Below are positions 1 to 10,321 of a stretch of DNA of 63,154 bases, in pieces. Every line of letters starts with the position of its first letter. Position 1 is the first letter of the stretch. The position numbers were made by a program, and so were the translations under genes. Origin of the DNA: Neovahlkampfia damariscottae (taxonomy: Eukaryota). Under the pieces are notes generated by a model. It saw nothing but the letters and a program-made list of their open reading frames with translations, was not told where the DNA came from and did not search any database. The stretch spans positions 1-63,154 of the forward strand of contig JABLTG010000122.1 in assembly GCA_016618085.1 (NCBI GenBank), in the 5' to 3' direction.

Positions 1-2
1 TA

Positions 3-680
3 GTCGCTGCATGCACAGGAACAACAGTTAATGTTAATCAATATCCATATTTCATTTATGATAGAGACAGAGCAATAGTTGATATCGTTTTCCCAGAAGA
101 TTTTGCGAATTTGATGGCAAAACATAAGTTTTACATGAACAAAAAATTATGGGCAATGTTTGATAATTTCACCCATTCAATAACTGATTTAAGTCAAGGA
201 AGATATGTAAAAATTGATGTATTCTTGAATGGAACCAACAGTATGACGAACACAGTCGTACACACAAGAAATTCTGTAATTAACACAAGTACTGGTGCAA
301 CTTCAATCATTGTCCGAGGAGAATATTGTACCATTTACAAATTTTATCAGATTAGAAATTTAATATTCACTACCAACACGTTACCAATTAGAGCTGAATT
401 TTTAAACAATTCGTTTGATTTTACAAGTGAAACAAGTTACGGAAGTCAAAAAATATTAAAGAATTTTGAATTTGATTTGGAAAGCACAAATGCACTTCAT
501 TGTAGAAGCATTCAAAATTTCTCAGCAAATCAATATGAATTCATAGATTTGGAAGATTCAAGAGAAATTACCGATATTGATCTTCAAATTTATTATTCAG
601 ATATCCACGGACGAGTTTTTCCACTTGAAGTTCCAAGTGATTCATTAACAACAGTAAAATTACTATTTCATGAATTTTAA
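3..680 (+). CDS. Virophage minor capsid (penton) protein, 5'-partial
   Basis: Frame is open from position 3. PYFIYD, LIFTTNTLPIRAE and the C-terminal DIDLQIYYSDIHGRVFPL...TVKLLF resemble the Sputnik-type minor capsid. Adjacent to the MCP. Confidence 0.78.
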   Translation, partial: VAACTGTTVNVNQYPYFIYDRDRAIVDIVFPEDFANLMAKHKFYMNKKLWAMFDNFTHSITDLSQGRYVKIDVFLNGTNSMTNTVVHTRNSVINTSTGATSIIVRGEYCTIYKFYQIRNLIFTTNTLPIRAEFLNNSFDFTSETSYGSQKILKNFEFDLESTNALHCRSIQNFSANQYEFIDLEDSREITDIDLQIYYSDIHGRVFPLEVPSDSLTTVKLLFHEF

Positions 681-687
681 CACTCTC

Positions 688-852
688 GTAACTACTCCGT
701 AGTTACTCGTGCTCGAGTCGAGTCACTTCGTTCCTCTTTTGTCTCGCTGTTGACAAAAGGTAAAAAATTTTTTGACTTTTATTTATTTTATGATCGCGAG
801 GAATGAAGCGAAGCGAAATGAGGAGCGTGAGCTTTATCCAACAAAGTTGGAT
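688..852. terminator. GC-rich hairpin cluster between convergent minor and major capsid genes
   Basis: GTAACTAC-TCC-GTAGTTAC (688-706), GCGAAGC (808-814) and ATCCAAC-AAA-GTTGGAT (836-852), plus an imperfect inverted repeat between ~724-736 and ~798-810. Confidence 0.55.
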
Positions 853-862
853 GGAGCGAAAA

Positions 863-2607
863 TTAGTATAATTCGTCACTTATTTGACTTCTTGTGATTA
901 ATTGACCTCCACTAATTTTACCAGATTTTTTTGTTTGCTTTTTTCCTTTTTGTTCTGGAACAACAACACCTAAGCCAACTGTTTCAGCGCCATCAGCAAT
1001 AGCTTTTACAATTGGAGCACCTTTTTGAACTGCTCCTCTGATCATTCTTGCAATTGGTAATGCAGATGAAAGAGCTCCTAATAAAGCAAGTGGATTACCA
1101 CCGAATTTATTTTCTTCGTATTTTGGTGGTGTTACCATATCATATCCGCGCTTAACTGCTTCAACTACGTCGTCTCCTTGCATAACAGCAAGTTGCTTGA
1201 TCACACTTGATTCTTTGACAATGACACAAGTTCCTTCATAAACAATTGCAGCATTTAACACAAAAGTTCTATTTCCACTGTTTGGAATACGTTTGAATTT
1301 TACAGTAAAATCTAATTGAGGACCACCAAGCGTTCCTGGAGCTTCACCGTCTGGCAATGGAATTTCTATTCCAAAATTTAATGCAACATAAGATCCAACC
1401 CAATTTGAATATTGAGAATAAGTTAAACCTAACAAACCATTTCTTTTTGCAATTTCAAATAAATCTCTTTCATCAGCATCTCCAAGAATTCCAGGTCTTC
1501 CATTGTAGTTAATTGAAATATTTTTAATCATAGATTTAGAAGTGTCAGTTTTTGCAAGATTTGCTGCAGTATCACCACCTTCCCAATAACGTTGCTATAT
1601 TTTTCACTGATCCAAATAAGCATTCTTCTTGGGACACCCTTAAGATTGATTGCATTGAACTGTAAAGTGTAATCATTGTCATCAGCAACATCAACAGAAT
1701 CAGTAGAATAATATGAAACTTCTTGATATGGATAAACAACGCTGTTAGGAACATCAGCCAACAATTTTGGTTTGGAATGTTCAAAATGTAACTCATATGA
1801 ATCTATGTTTCCGCTGATTTTCACTGAGACTCCAGCAGCAAGAGCCTGTTTTAAGCAAACCATTCTTTCAAAATTCGAAAATGTTGCAGAATAAGTCATC
1901 TCGTTTACTCCTGTTATTGCATATGGTTGAAAATAAAATGGACTAATTTTGATTGGTTCCATAACTGTAAATGTCAATGTCAAATTTGTTGTTGCACCAG
2001 TATTCGCTGTTTTTGCTAATATTGTGCTATAATCTATGTCAACATATGCTCTGCGAGATTCTCCAAATTGTTGATTTCCATATTTAGCAAACGGATCTTT
2101 TCCTGTCAATCCTGCATCTGAGTAATTGTAAAATTCATCCAATTGGTTAGGAGTATTTGTATATTCATTCAATTTATCATCAACTGAGTTTGCAAATCTA
2201 TGAAATGCATCTGAATATTCTGATTGTCTCGCTACAGTAAGTGAATTGTTATTCATTGTAATGGTTTCAGTTTGGATGATTTTTTCTAATGGAAATGCTC
2301 TTAAAATCATGGTTGGATCTGTGTTTCCTAAAATGTTTGTAATGTTACCACCACTTGTATTAGTAATAGCAATAGTCAAAGTAACTTTTGCTTTTTTCCA
2401 AGCAAGTGATTTAATTAATGAGCTACTTCCAGGTGGGAAACAATTGATATGTACATTTGAATTGCTTGGATTTGATGCTCTAAATGTCTTTCTTGAAAAC
2501 TCTGAATTTCCATGTAAAACTGAAAATTCTCTTTCACTTTTAAGATCCATGTATTTTGGAACTGCATTATTCAATTTTAAAGGTACTGCAGATAAACTTG
2601 CTTGCAT
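863..2607 (-). CDS. Virophage major capsid protein (Sputnik-like double jelly roll), split by a 1-nt frameshift near 1578-1597
   Basis: AVPLKL...EREFSVLHG, LRAFPL, PNQLDEFYNYSDA...PF, NLKGVPRRMLIW, NISINYNGRPGILG...RNG and a C-terminal KFGG| match the Sputnik V20 pattern as I recall it. The alternative frame EGGDTAANLAKTDTSKSMIK joins the two ORFs. Confidence 0.88.
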
Positions 2608-2719
2608 CTTTTTTTGATTGTTATACTTTTTCTCCAGAAACTTTTAATTTAAAAAAATTAAATTAAAAAATATTTATCTGTAAATATAATTCCCGAAAAA
2701 TCTTAGATTTTGAAAAAAA

Positions 2720-3907
2720 ATGTTGAAAACATTAACAGAAGATAATAACGGAATTCATGCAAAATGCAAGGATTTGACTTGTGAAAATTTACCGACGTTT
2801 GCTGGTACTGTATTACCATCAATTTCAAATATAGTTGAAAGAAATAATGCAGATATATTAAGTGGTGAAAAGATCATTGTTGGAGATGGAACAAATAAAA
2901 TCAAAGATAGTAACATTGATGCAACAAGTGATAATATCAACTTACCTCTTGATAAAGGCTATTGGATTAACTCACAACCTATTGTTTATCAAGATAATGC
3001 AGATTCATCAAAATATAAAATTGAAGTTCATAAAGCAAAAGTAAATGAAGAACTTCAATGCAACTCCATTAAATCAGTTGGTGCCAATGATGATATTACA
3101 ATTGATGCAAATGGAACTGGAATAATGAGATTTAATACAATTGTAAATAATGGTTGCTTCTTTGGTGGTGCAACTGGTGGACTTGGATTTAATTGGGCTA
3201 TAAAAACTACCTTTGATTCAGCAGGTGCAACAGATCCTTGTGCAATTATAGGAACTGCAACTGAAAGTGGTGGCGGCACTAAAATAGCTGTTATTAGTTC
3301 AAATGATTTACAAGCAGCAAATTGGACACCTATTTATATGCAACCATCTGGAGTTGCTGGTGCTATAGTTGTTCTTGGTGATACAACTCCAGCAATTGCT
3401 ACTGCTTCGGGATCTAAATTGTATAGTGTTGGTAGTATTTCAAGTTCTTCAACTTTAAAAACAAACGACAATGGAGGAACAAATTTTCACTCATTAGGTG
3501 GTAGTGCAACTGGTGCAAGAATTCATACATTACAAGATTCAAGTGGAACAATTGCTCATTTGAGTGATATTGCAACATCTGCGCCAAAATGGTCATTTGG
3601 ATCTCAAGCAGGTGAAAATGCAGCAACTGGAACAAAATCAATTTACTATGGATTTGGTGATACAGCATTTAACCTTGTTGAAATTTTTGTTAACGTTGAA
3701 ACAGGAACAACAGGTCATTTAGAAGGTAGAAATGCTGCTGATTCTAGTCAAATATTTTCAATTGTTGTTGCAGGTGATGGAACTTTGACTTATGCATCTA
3801 CTTCATCATTTTCCAATGTTTCAGGTTCAAAAAATTTGATTATTGTTGATTGGACAAGAACAGGAGGAGCAGGAGCTTGTAATTTATACGGAGCTAGATT
3901 ATTCTAA
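2720..3907 (+). CDS. Gly/Ser/Thr-rich beta-structured viral protein, putative fibre/receptor-binding protein
   Basis: 395-aa intronless ORF divergent from the MCP. Composition and the DITIDANGTG motif are typical of virion fibres. Function is inferred. Confidence 0.5.
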   Translation: MLKTLTEDNNGIHAKCKDLTCENLPTFAGTVLPSISNIVERNNADILSGEKIIVGDGTNKIKDSNIDATSDNINLPLDKGYWINSQPIVYQDNADSSKYKIEVHKAKVNEELQCNSIKSVGANDDITIDANGTGIMRFNTIVNNGCFFGGATGGLGFNWAIKTTFDSAGATDPCAIIGTATESGGGTKIAVISSNDLQAANWTPIYMQPSGVAGAIVVLGDTTPAIATASGSKLYSVGSISSSSTLKTNDNGGTNFHSLGGSATGARIHTLQDSSGTIAHLSDIATSAPKWSFGSQAGENAATGTKSIYYGFGDTAFNLVEIFVNVETGTTGHLEGRNAADSSQIFSIVVAGDGTLTYASTSSFSNVSGSKNLIIVDWTRTGGAGACNLYGARLF

Positions 3908-3912
3908 ATCTC

Positions 3913-3951
3913 GGAAAAGCTTCGCCTTTCCTCGCTCGATCGGCTTTGCCG
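3913..3951. terminator. Twin hairpins between convergent viral genes
   Basis: GGAAAAGC-TTC-GCCTTTCC (3913-3931) and CGGC-TTT-GCCG (3941-3951). Confidence 0.5.
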
Positions 3952-3973
3952 CTCTCGGTAAAAAATTTTTTGT

Positions 3974-4149
3974 TTAGTTTGTCTTTTTACCCCATAAGCG
4001 TACTTGTCCTTTTCTGTAACATTCTGCATATGTACCTTCTCTTGAATTTTTGGTAACATTGGTTTTGAACCACAATAAGGTTTCTTTGGTTGTGTTTTTG
4101 AGGATTGGGTTGATTTGGATTTTGCTGTCTTGGTTTTCTTTTTTGTCAT
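3974..4149 (-). CDS. Small basic viral protein (YCG...GT..EC..KGQVR.WG), needs +1 nt at the T5 run 4047-4051
   Basis: Adding one A to the run gives KKPYCGSKPMLPKNSREGTYAECYRKGQVRLWGKKTN*. The corrected stop (3974) lies before the hairpins rather than overlapping the fibre gene. Confidence 0.55.
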
Positions 4150-4258
4150 TTTTTCAAATCTCTGGTCCAGTAAAATTTAAAATTTTACGGTTATATATTT
4201 CGCCAGATATATTTTAATTTAAATTAAAAATTCTAATTTTTTTATTACAAAAAAATAT

Positions 4259-4456
4259 ATGGACTCATTTCAAATATCAATTTTAATTTTACAAATTGTT
4301 AATATCATTTTCAGTATTTGTGTTGGTCCTTTAGTAACGGCATTTGTTGAATTTTCACGAAGAATTGAAAGATCAAATTGTTGTGGCAGCAGTGTTGAAT
4401 TATCTGAACCTGTAAAATCAGAGCAACATGATGTTCCAAAAAATGAACACCCGTAA
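4259..4456 (+). CDS. Small viral membrane protein (N-terminal TM, SNCCG motif)
   Basis: Hydrophobic N-terminal helix followed by RRIERSNCCGSS; ATG preceded by the element's AT-rich motif. Confidence 0.55.
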   Translation: MDSFQISILILQIVNIIFSICVGPLVTAFVEFSRRIERSNCCGSSVELSEPVKSEQHDVPKNEHP

Positions 4457-4483
4457 AATTTCAAAATCAATAGATTGAGGATT

Positions 4484-4780
4484 TTACATTTTAAGATTTT
4501 CTTTGTTTTCTTTGATATATCTCAATAAATATTCCTTGAAAAGATATAAACTTGGATTTTTATCAGTAATCTTTTTTTGATTTTGGATTACCCATCTGCA
4601 ATATTTTTCATCTTCAGGAGTTTCAAGTTCAACAATTTCTTCAAATGATCTATCTTTGTTTTTTCCATATTTCATTTTAAGTTCACCTAATTTCTCGAGA
4701 TCTAATTCAAGATATTGTTCAAGATCATCATCATATACGTTTTCTGAAAGTCTAATAAGTTTTTGTAATGGGTCAGACAT
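4484..4780 (-). CDS. Small viral protein with a GK(Y)K...F..I...Y..W motif (DUF3820/ExoX C-terminal-like)
   Basis: MKYGKNKDRSFEEI...EKYCRWVI. Confidence 0.5.
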   Translation of the reverse strand: MSDPLQKLIRLSENVYDDDLEQYLELDLEKLGELKMKYGKNKDRSFEEIVELETPEDEKYCRWVIQNQKKITDKNPSLYLFKEYLLRYIKENKENLKM

Positions 4781-4889
4781 GTTTTGGAGTCTTTTTGAGA
4801 TGTATATACTATGATTTGAATAGTTTAATTGAAATTAAAATAATTAATTCAAAAAAAAATTAATTAATTATTTCGTAAAATCAAAGATT

Positions 4890-5957
4890 TTACTGTTTCT
4901 TATTTTTTCTGGATTTAACTGGTGTAGATCCAATATATCGTTTTATTGGTGCTTCCTCAAAAACACCTGTTTTTGAAATTGGTATATGGGATTGAGTATG
5001 TACTACCAATTCAAAATGAGGGTACAAGCGTTTAATATCATTTCCTGTTTCTATATTTTTCAGTTTGTATCGTTTTCCAACTTTTTCGACAATAGTATAG
5101 AGAGTTTTTGAAGTTTTCAATGCATCACCTTTATCAAATATTTTTTTCTTGGATGTAGTTCTTACAGTGTCACCAACTTTAAGATTTGGTTCAACTCTTG
5201 TTATATTTTGATTGTTTAAAGTAGGAACTTCATCGGAGTTACGAGCAGACCAAACATCAATAGGCTTTTGTTTGATGGTGCTATGAAAATTATTATTGTA
5301 TTTTTTAACAGCTTCATCCAAATGTTTATACCAGTGAAATAAAGGCTCACCGACATATTCATAAGTTTGTTTGCTTTGTATTCTCATTTTTTGCAAAATA
5401 TCTGCTAAAGTTCTATTAAATCTTTCAACTAAACTATTTTTTACAACATCTTCTGGATCTGAATAAATTACTTTGACGTTATGCCTTTTCATCAAATCAA
5501 CAAAGTCTTTTGAAATAAATTGATTATCGCATCTGAGTTCTTTTGGATACCCCATTTCTTCAAATATTTCTTTGATAGCATCCAACAAGGTATTTCGTTG
5601 AGAACCATGCTGGTTCTTCAACACCATATTAGTCAATGCGCGGCTTTGAGCATATCGACTATTGGTATCAATTACATTCAAAATATATCGATAATTGTTG
5701 ATTTTAAAACGATCATAAACCATAACATCCATAAAATAAAGATCTTTTGGAAAAGGAACATAAATTGAATTGAATTTTTTTGGTTTTTTCTTTTGTTGAG
5801 TTAATTGATGCCATTCTTGTTGATCACGGATATTTTTGATTTCTTTTTCACTTAATTCTATTCCTTTTTCTTTGAGAATCTTTTGTAATTTTGATAAATC
5901 TGAAATCAACCCAATATTTGGATCATTAATTGTTTGTTCGGCTTGTAACTTTTGCAT
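4890..5957 (-). CDS. Retroviral-type (rve, DDE) integrase of the Polinton/mavirus class
   Basis: FMDVM...YILNVIDTNSRY, ELRCDNQF, NSLVERFNRTL, YNNNFHSTIKQKP and an SH3-like LKVGDTVR. ORF and catalytic triad are intact. Confidence 0.93.
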   Translation of the reverse strand: MQKLQAEQTINDPNIGLISDLSKLQKILKEKGIELSEKEIKNIRDQQEWHQLTQQKKKPKKFNSIYVPFPKDLYFMDVMVYDRFKINNYRYILNVIDTNSRYAQSRALTNMVLKNQHGSQRNTLLDAIKEIFEEMGYPKELRCDNQFISKDFVDLMKRHNVKVIYSDPEDVVKNSLVERFNRTLADILQKMRIQSKQTYEYVGEPLFHWYKHLDEAVKKYNNNFHSTIKQKPIDVWSARNSDEVPTLNNQNITRVEPNLKVGDTVRTTSKKKIFDKGDALKTSKTLYTIVEKVGKRYKLKNIETGNDIKRLYPHFELVVHTQSHIPISKTGVFEEAPIKRYIGSTPVKSRKNKKQ

Positions 5958-6080
5958 TTTTCAAAAAGCTAAATTTCCTCAGCATATAATTTTGAAAATT
6001 AATATTTTAATTTAATTTCAATTAAGTAATTATAATTGTATAAATATACAATCCATTTCAAAATCTAAGATTCTGAGAAA

Positions 6081-6332
6081 ATGAGTGAAGAACAACAAAT
6101 CCCAAAAACAGAAAATTTAAAAATCAAAAAATCAACCCATGAAGCTTTAACAGATGATGATTTAATTGAAAAAATCAACCAGTTAACAATGCAACGTGAA
6201 AATTTAAGTCATGAAATTAAAAAGCTCAGAAATCGATATAATGCAAGAGTTTTCAAAGCAAAAAAGAAAGCTGTAGTCTCAGGAACTGAGACAAAGAAAG
6301 CAGAATTACTTACGAGTGATGTTACATCTTAA
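6081..6332 (+). CDS. Small viral coiled-coil protein
   Basis: 83-aa ORF with a heptad pattern; shared upstream motif TTTAATTTCAATTAA. Confidence 0.5.
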   Translation: MSEEQQIPKTENLKIKKSTHEALTDDDLIEKINQLTMQRENLSHEIKKLRNRYNARVFKAKKKAVVSGTETKKAELLTSDVTS

Positions 6333-9300
6333 ACAAGTCAATTGAACATTATTTTTTGTGTGTCCATAGTTGTTGTTAATTCTGTCAACTGAAGGTTTAA
6401 TTATTGGGTTTAAACAAATTTTGCAAATTCCATTTTGGTCTTCATACATTTTCTTGATGAATTCTTCAGTAATATCATTTTCAAATCCTTTTTGTTTGTC
6501 ATAAACTTCGTGATGGGAAATCGGTGGAATTTCTGAAGCCGTCAAATCTTTCATTCGTGAAATCTCCGATTTCACTGCAATATACACGTTGTTCAGATCA
6601 GTTGCTCTTGTTATTGCAACCCATAACCATTCTCTTGTAATATATTTGGAGTCTAAATTATGAATGATTATTTTTTTATCTGTTGTTGTTCCTTGAATGG
6701 AATGTCCTGTATATGCGGCTGTACTCCTGAAATTCTTCAAGTATTTTGCATCAATTTCATATGATTTGTTTGTCAATACATCACAGATTCGCAATATCTC
6801 AGATTTTGCCGAACCATTTACAAATTCCAATTTGTAGGTAAAATTTGTTTGAAATACTTGTTTCTTTATCAAAAATCGTTCTTTTATGTAGATTTCTTTT
6901 GTATCTTGATAAATTTTTGCAAGTTTGTCACATAATCCTTGGTAATAACAAATATTCATTATTTCCTTTTGTTCTTTGCCAGAATCTATTGATTTTGAAA
7001 AATTATATTTTTTCACGATTTCAAGTGGATTGAATATTTCTGATTCAAATATGTCTTCTTTTAGTTTTAATAATATTTTTTCTTCTTTTTCATTTTGTAA
7101 TCTTCTTGAACGATTCAATTGCACATGGTTATAAAACAAATCTTCAATTATTTCATTGTAAATTTCTGGATTGTCAATATGATCTTCAATAGGTTTATTT
7201 TGATATTTGTCACCAGCAGCAATAAATAACTTTGAAGGAAAACCACTTTTGAATTTTTTCAATCGATACAAATCATTAGTTGACAAATTATAAATTTCAT
7301 CGAACAAAATGACATCAAATTCAGATACATCTCGAAAAATCTGAGATTTTGAGGATTCATCAACATCCTTTCCTCTAATTAATCCTAAAAGTGAACAAAA
7401 TGTCATTGAATGAACGTTTGAATTTTCTTTAAATTTTCTTTTAATATCTGCTGCAAGAGCATTTGTTGGTGTAACAACAAGTATTTTTTTGTTGTTTTTC
7501 AAAGACCAAAGTATGATATTGGTTGTTTTTCCAGCTCCAGGCAAAGTTGCTCTAACTAACACGTTTCCTTTATTCAAAACATCAAAACTATCCAAATTAA
7601 ATTCATCTTCCATTTTAAGTTTTGTTTGATAGTTTTTTGTTTTGATGATGGAACTGAGATTTCGCGTTTGCATTGAAATTCTGAATTTGTTGGTAATTGA
7701 TTGATTGAAACTTCTTCTATTGGTTTTAAATCACCAAAATTATCTCCGAAACTGAATTTATTTGATATATTTGATTCATCTCCACGAAAATATAAGCAAT
7801 CAGTTCTAACACCAATCACTTCACAATCTAATTCTTCCAACTTGTTAGCAAGAATAGTTAAATCAGTCCTTATTGTATCATAAATTAATGCTTGAATCAA
7901 GTAAAATCCATTTTCCAACTGAAGTTTTTCACCTTGTATTTCACTGTAATAATATTTTTTAATTAATTCCGAATTTTCATTCTTTATAATTATTTCTTTT
8001 GGAAAACATTCAGAGCTTTCTGAAAGTGTATTTGCTTCATCAAGATTATCAAATAAATAACTGAGTTTCCCTTGATTATATTTTTTTCCTGTCAACCCAA
8101 TTGTTTTATTTAAAATGAATTTCCAATCTGCTGTTTCTAATCCAGAATCTTTTACTTTATCAATTGCTTTTGGAATTTCATTATTTGGAATATATTTGTT
8201 CAAAGCACAAACATGAGTTATTGTGAAATCTGTAAAATTTGTAAATAAGTTTTTGATTTTCTTTAAATTAACTCCAAATATAATTCTATTTTTTTGGTTT
8301 GAAAATAATGCATCATGATTATCAAGTGAAATGATGTAAATATGATGGTCAACAATCGGTTCAAAATTATATTCTTTAAATCCATCAAATGGTGTTGCTG
8401 CAGGAATAAATTTTGAATTATACAAGACGCTGGAATATGCCTTTGTCATATCTAATTTGAATATTTTTTCTTCATCTACTTCAAAATCTTTTGATTTTGA
8501 AAATTTGACGTTGGTAAATAATCCAATTGGTGCGTTTATTGGAAACTTCAATAAATTTGCAACTAAACTTTCTTCATATGTTGAAATATATTTGTAATTG
8601 ATTAAAGCATCTTCAAATTCTTTTCCTTTTTTTACAAACAACTTCATATATTCTATTGAGGTTTTACCATATTCAGCAACTTCATCACTTAAACCAGCAT
8701 TAAACGGAACAAAAACGACAATGGACTTGTTAATTTTAATCGTTATTTTTGTTATTTGGTCAACCATTGTCACGTGAGGATGATATTTAATTTTTTCTTT
8801 GAACCAGTGAAGAACATCATCAAGTTTTACAACTGAAAAGAATTTATAAAATTTGTTTTCTTCAAATGGATAGCTGAGCAGTTCTTCAACGTTGGTTAAA
8901 AATTCTTCAATAAATTTATTCTTTCTCATGTAATATTTATCTGAAGTTTTGATAGTTTGAGCTAGTTCTTCTATCGAGTTTGAAATTTCACCGTCTATCG
9001 TTTCTAATCTGTTAGTTATTTGATAAAGATGATTATTTGAAACAAGTCCTTTAAAATGTCTTGTTGATAAGTGTCTTTCTGAACCTTTTCCTTCCTTGGT
9101 TGGGTGATGTTTATCAACAACGTTTCCGTGGATGTCTAAGATGGTCATTTTCAAATTATATTCAACAAAGAATTTTTTTAACTGTTCAACTGAAAGAGAG
9201 TAGTCCAATTTTGTAATATCAAGTTGAGTTTTTTCATCAATTATTTTTTTAATTTCTTCTTGTTTTTTCTTTCCGAGTTTTTTGAAATAATGCGCATAAT

Positions 9301-10321
9301 TTCCTCCTTGAAACACACACTTTTGATTGTAAATGAATTTTCCTACTGCGTCACACGTGACACCGACTTGGTTTAAATCTTGTTGGTGAAAGTAGTTGAA
9401 TAATGATTGGTAAGTGAGGTCAAAATGAGTTTGGTAAAGTTTTATTAAAGTTGTATAAACACAAGATTCACTTTGGAAGTTATTTAAAAGATATTCGTTT
9501 AATTTGTAATTTTGGAGGTCTTTGATTGTTTTAGCTGAATATTCAATGAATTCATGATTGATTTTTGGTTCAATAAATTTTTCTTGGTTTTTTAATGGAG
9601 TTGTTTTTAAATCAAAATCTTCATTTGAGTCCATTGTTTGTAAATCTGTAACTTTGATATATTCAATTAAACTTTCAATGGCATTCATGTGATCAAACGT
9701 TTTTGTATTTCTTAACATATCCAACAACCATCTGTAATCTTCAATTTTTCTTGAATCTTTTAACGATGACTTATTTGCTTTGAATTCAGTTATTAGCTGA
9801 TTTTTTTTAGTGTCTGAAAGATACCCAGTTACATTATATTTTCTGATGACTCTATAATCTATGGTTTTATAAGTTTCATAATAAACACTTGGATCTTTGG
9901 TTTTATCTTCTCTGGCAAAAACATAAACAGAAAAACTGACTTTGGTCTTTTTTCCTAAATAATTTTCAATAGCATCAATATAATCTTCTTTTTCTCTTTT
10001 ATCTTTCCAGTTATTCATTTTGTTGGTGAATTTTTTATTTTTATAAAGGTAAACTTTTCCATTTGGTGTTTCTAAATAAAAATTATCATGTTTTGGCGAC
10101 TTAATGATTCCGTTGTAAATATCTTCTGGTTTTTCTATTATTTTTATATTTGTTAAGTTGATGTTTGGATCAATTTTTTTTATTTCATTGATGTAATTTG
10201 GATTTTTTTTCAGAAAATTGGTAGGTACACCATTTTTTATTAAATAAGTTCTTTTTTTATTATCGTTTTCAATGTAATGAGAACTTTTGATTTTTTTGAT
10301 TGCAATTTTGTTTTCGGACAT
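6306..10321 (-). CDS. Divergent protein-primed PolB-like domain + SF1 helicase + C-terminal HNH/EndoVII domain; probably one gene with a 1-nt frameshift at ~7575-7670
   Basis: PolB motifs A (LDMTKAYSS), B (KFILNKTIGLTGK) and C (VRTDCLYF). Helicase motifs PGAGKT, VVTPTN, FDEI, GDKYQ, TGHSIQGTT and VAITRA. C-terminal CKIC...SVDRINNNYGHTKNNVQLTCLRCN. The two ORFs overlap by 100 nt in a -1 frame. Confidence 0.8.

Noticed and set aside
1578..1597. Programmed -1 ribosomal frameshift in the MCP (and at the PolB-helicase junction)
   Set aside because: No canonical in-frame X XXY YYZ heptamer or obvious downstream structure. An MCP needs stoichiometric full-length product, and similar indels occur in host genes.
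3904..4149. 81-aa ORF as given in the track
   Set aside because: Its C-terminus runs through the hairpins into the opposing gene; the frame-corrected 3974-4149 version is more plausible.
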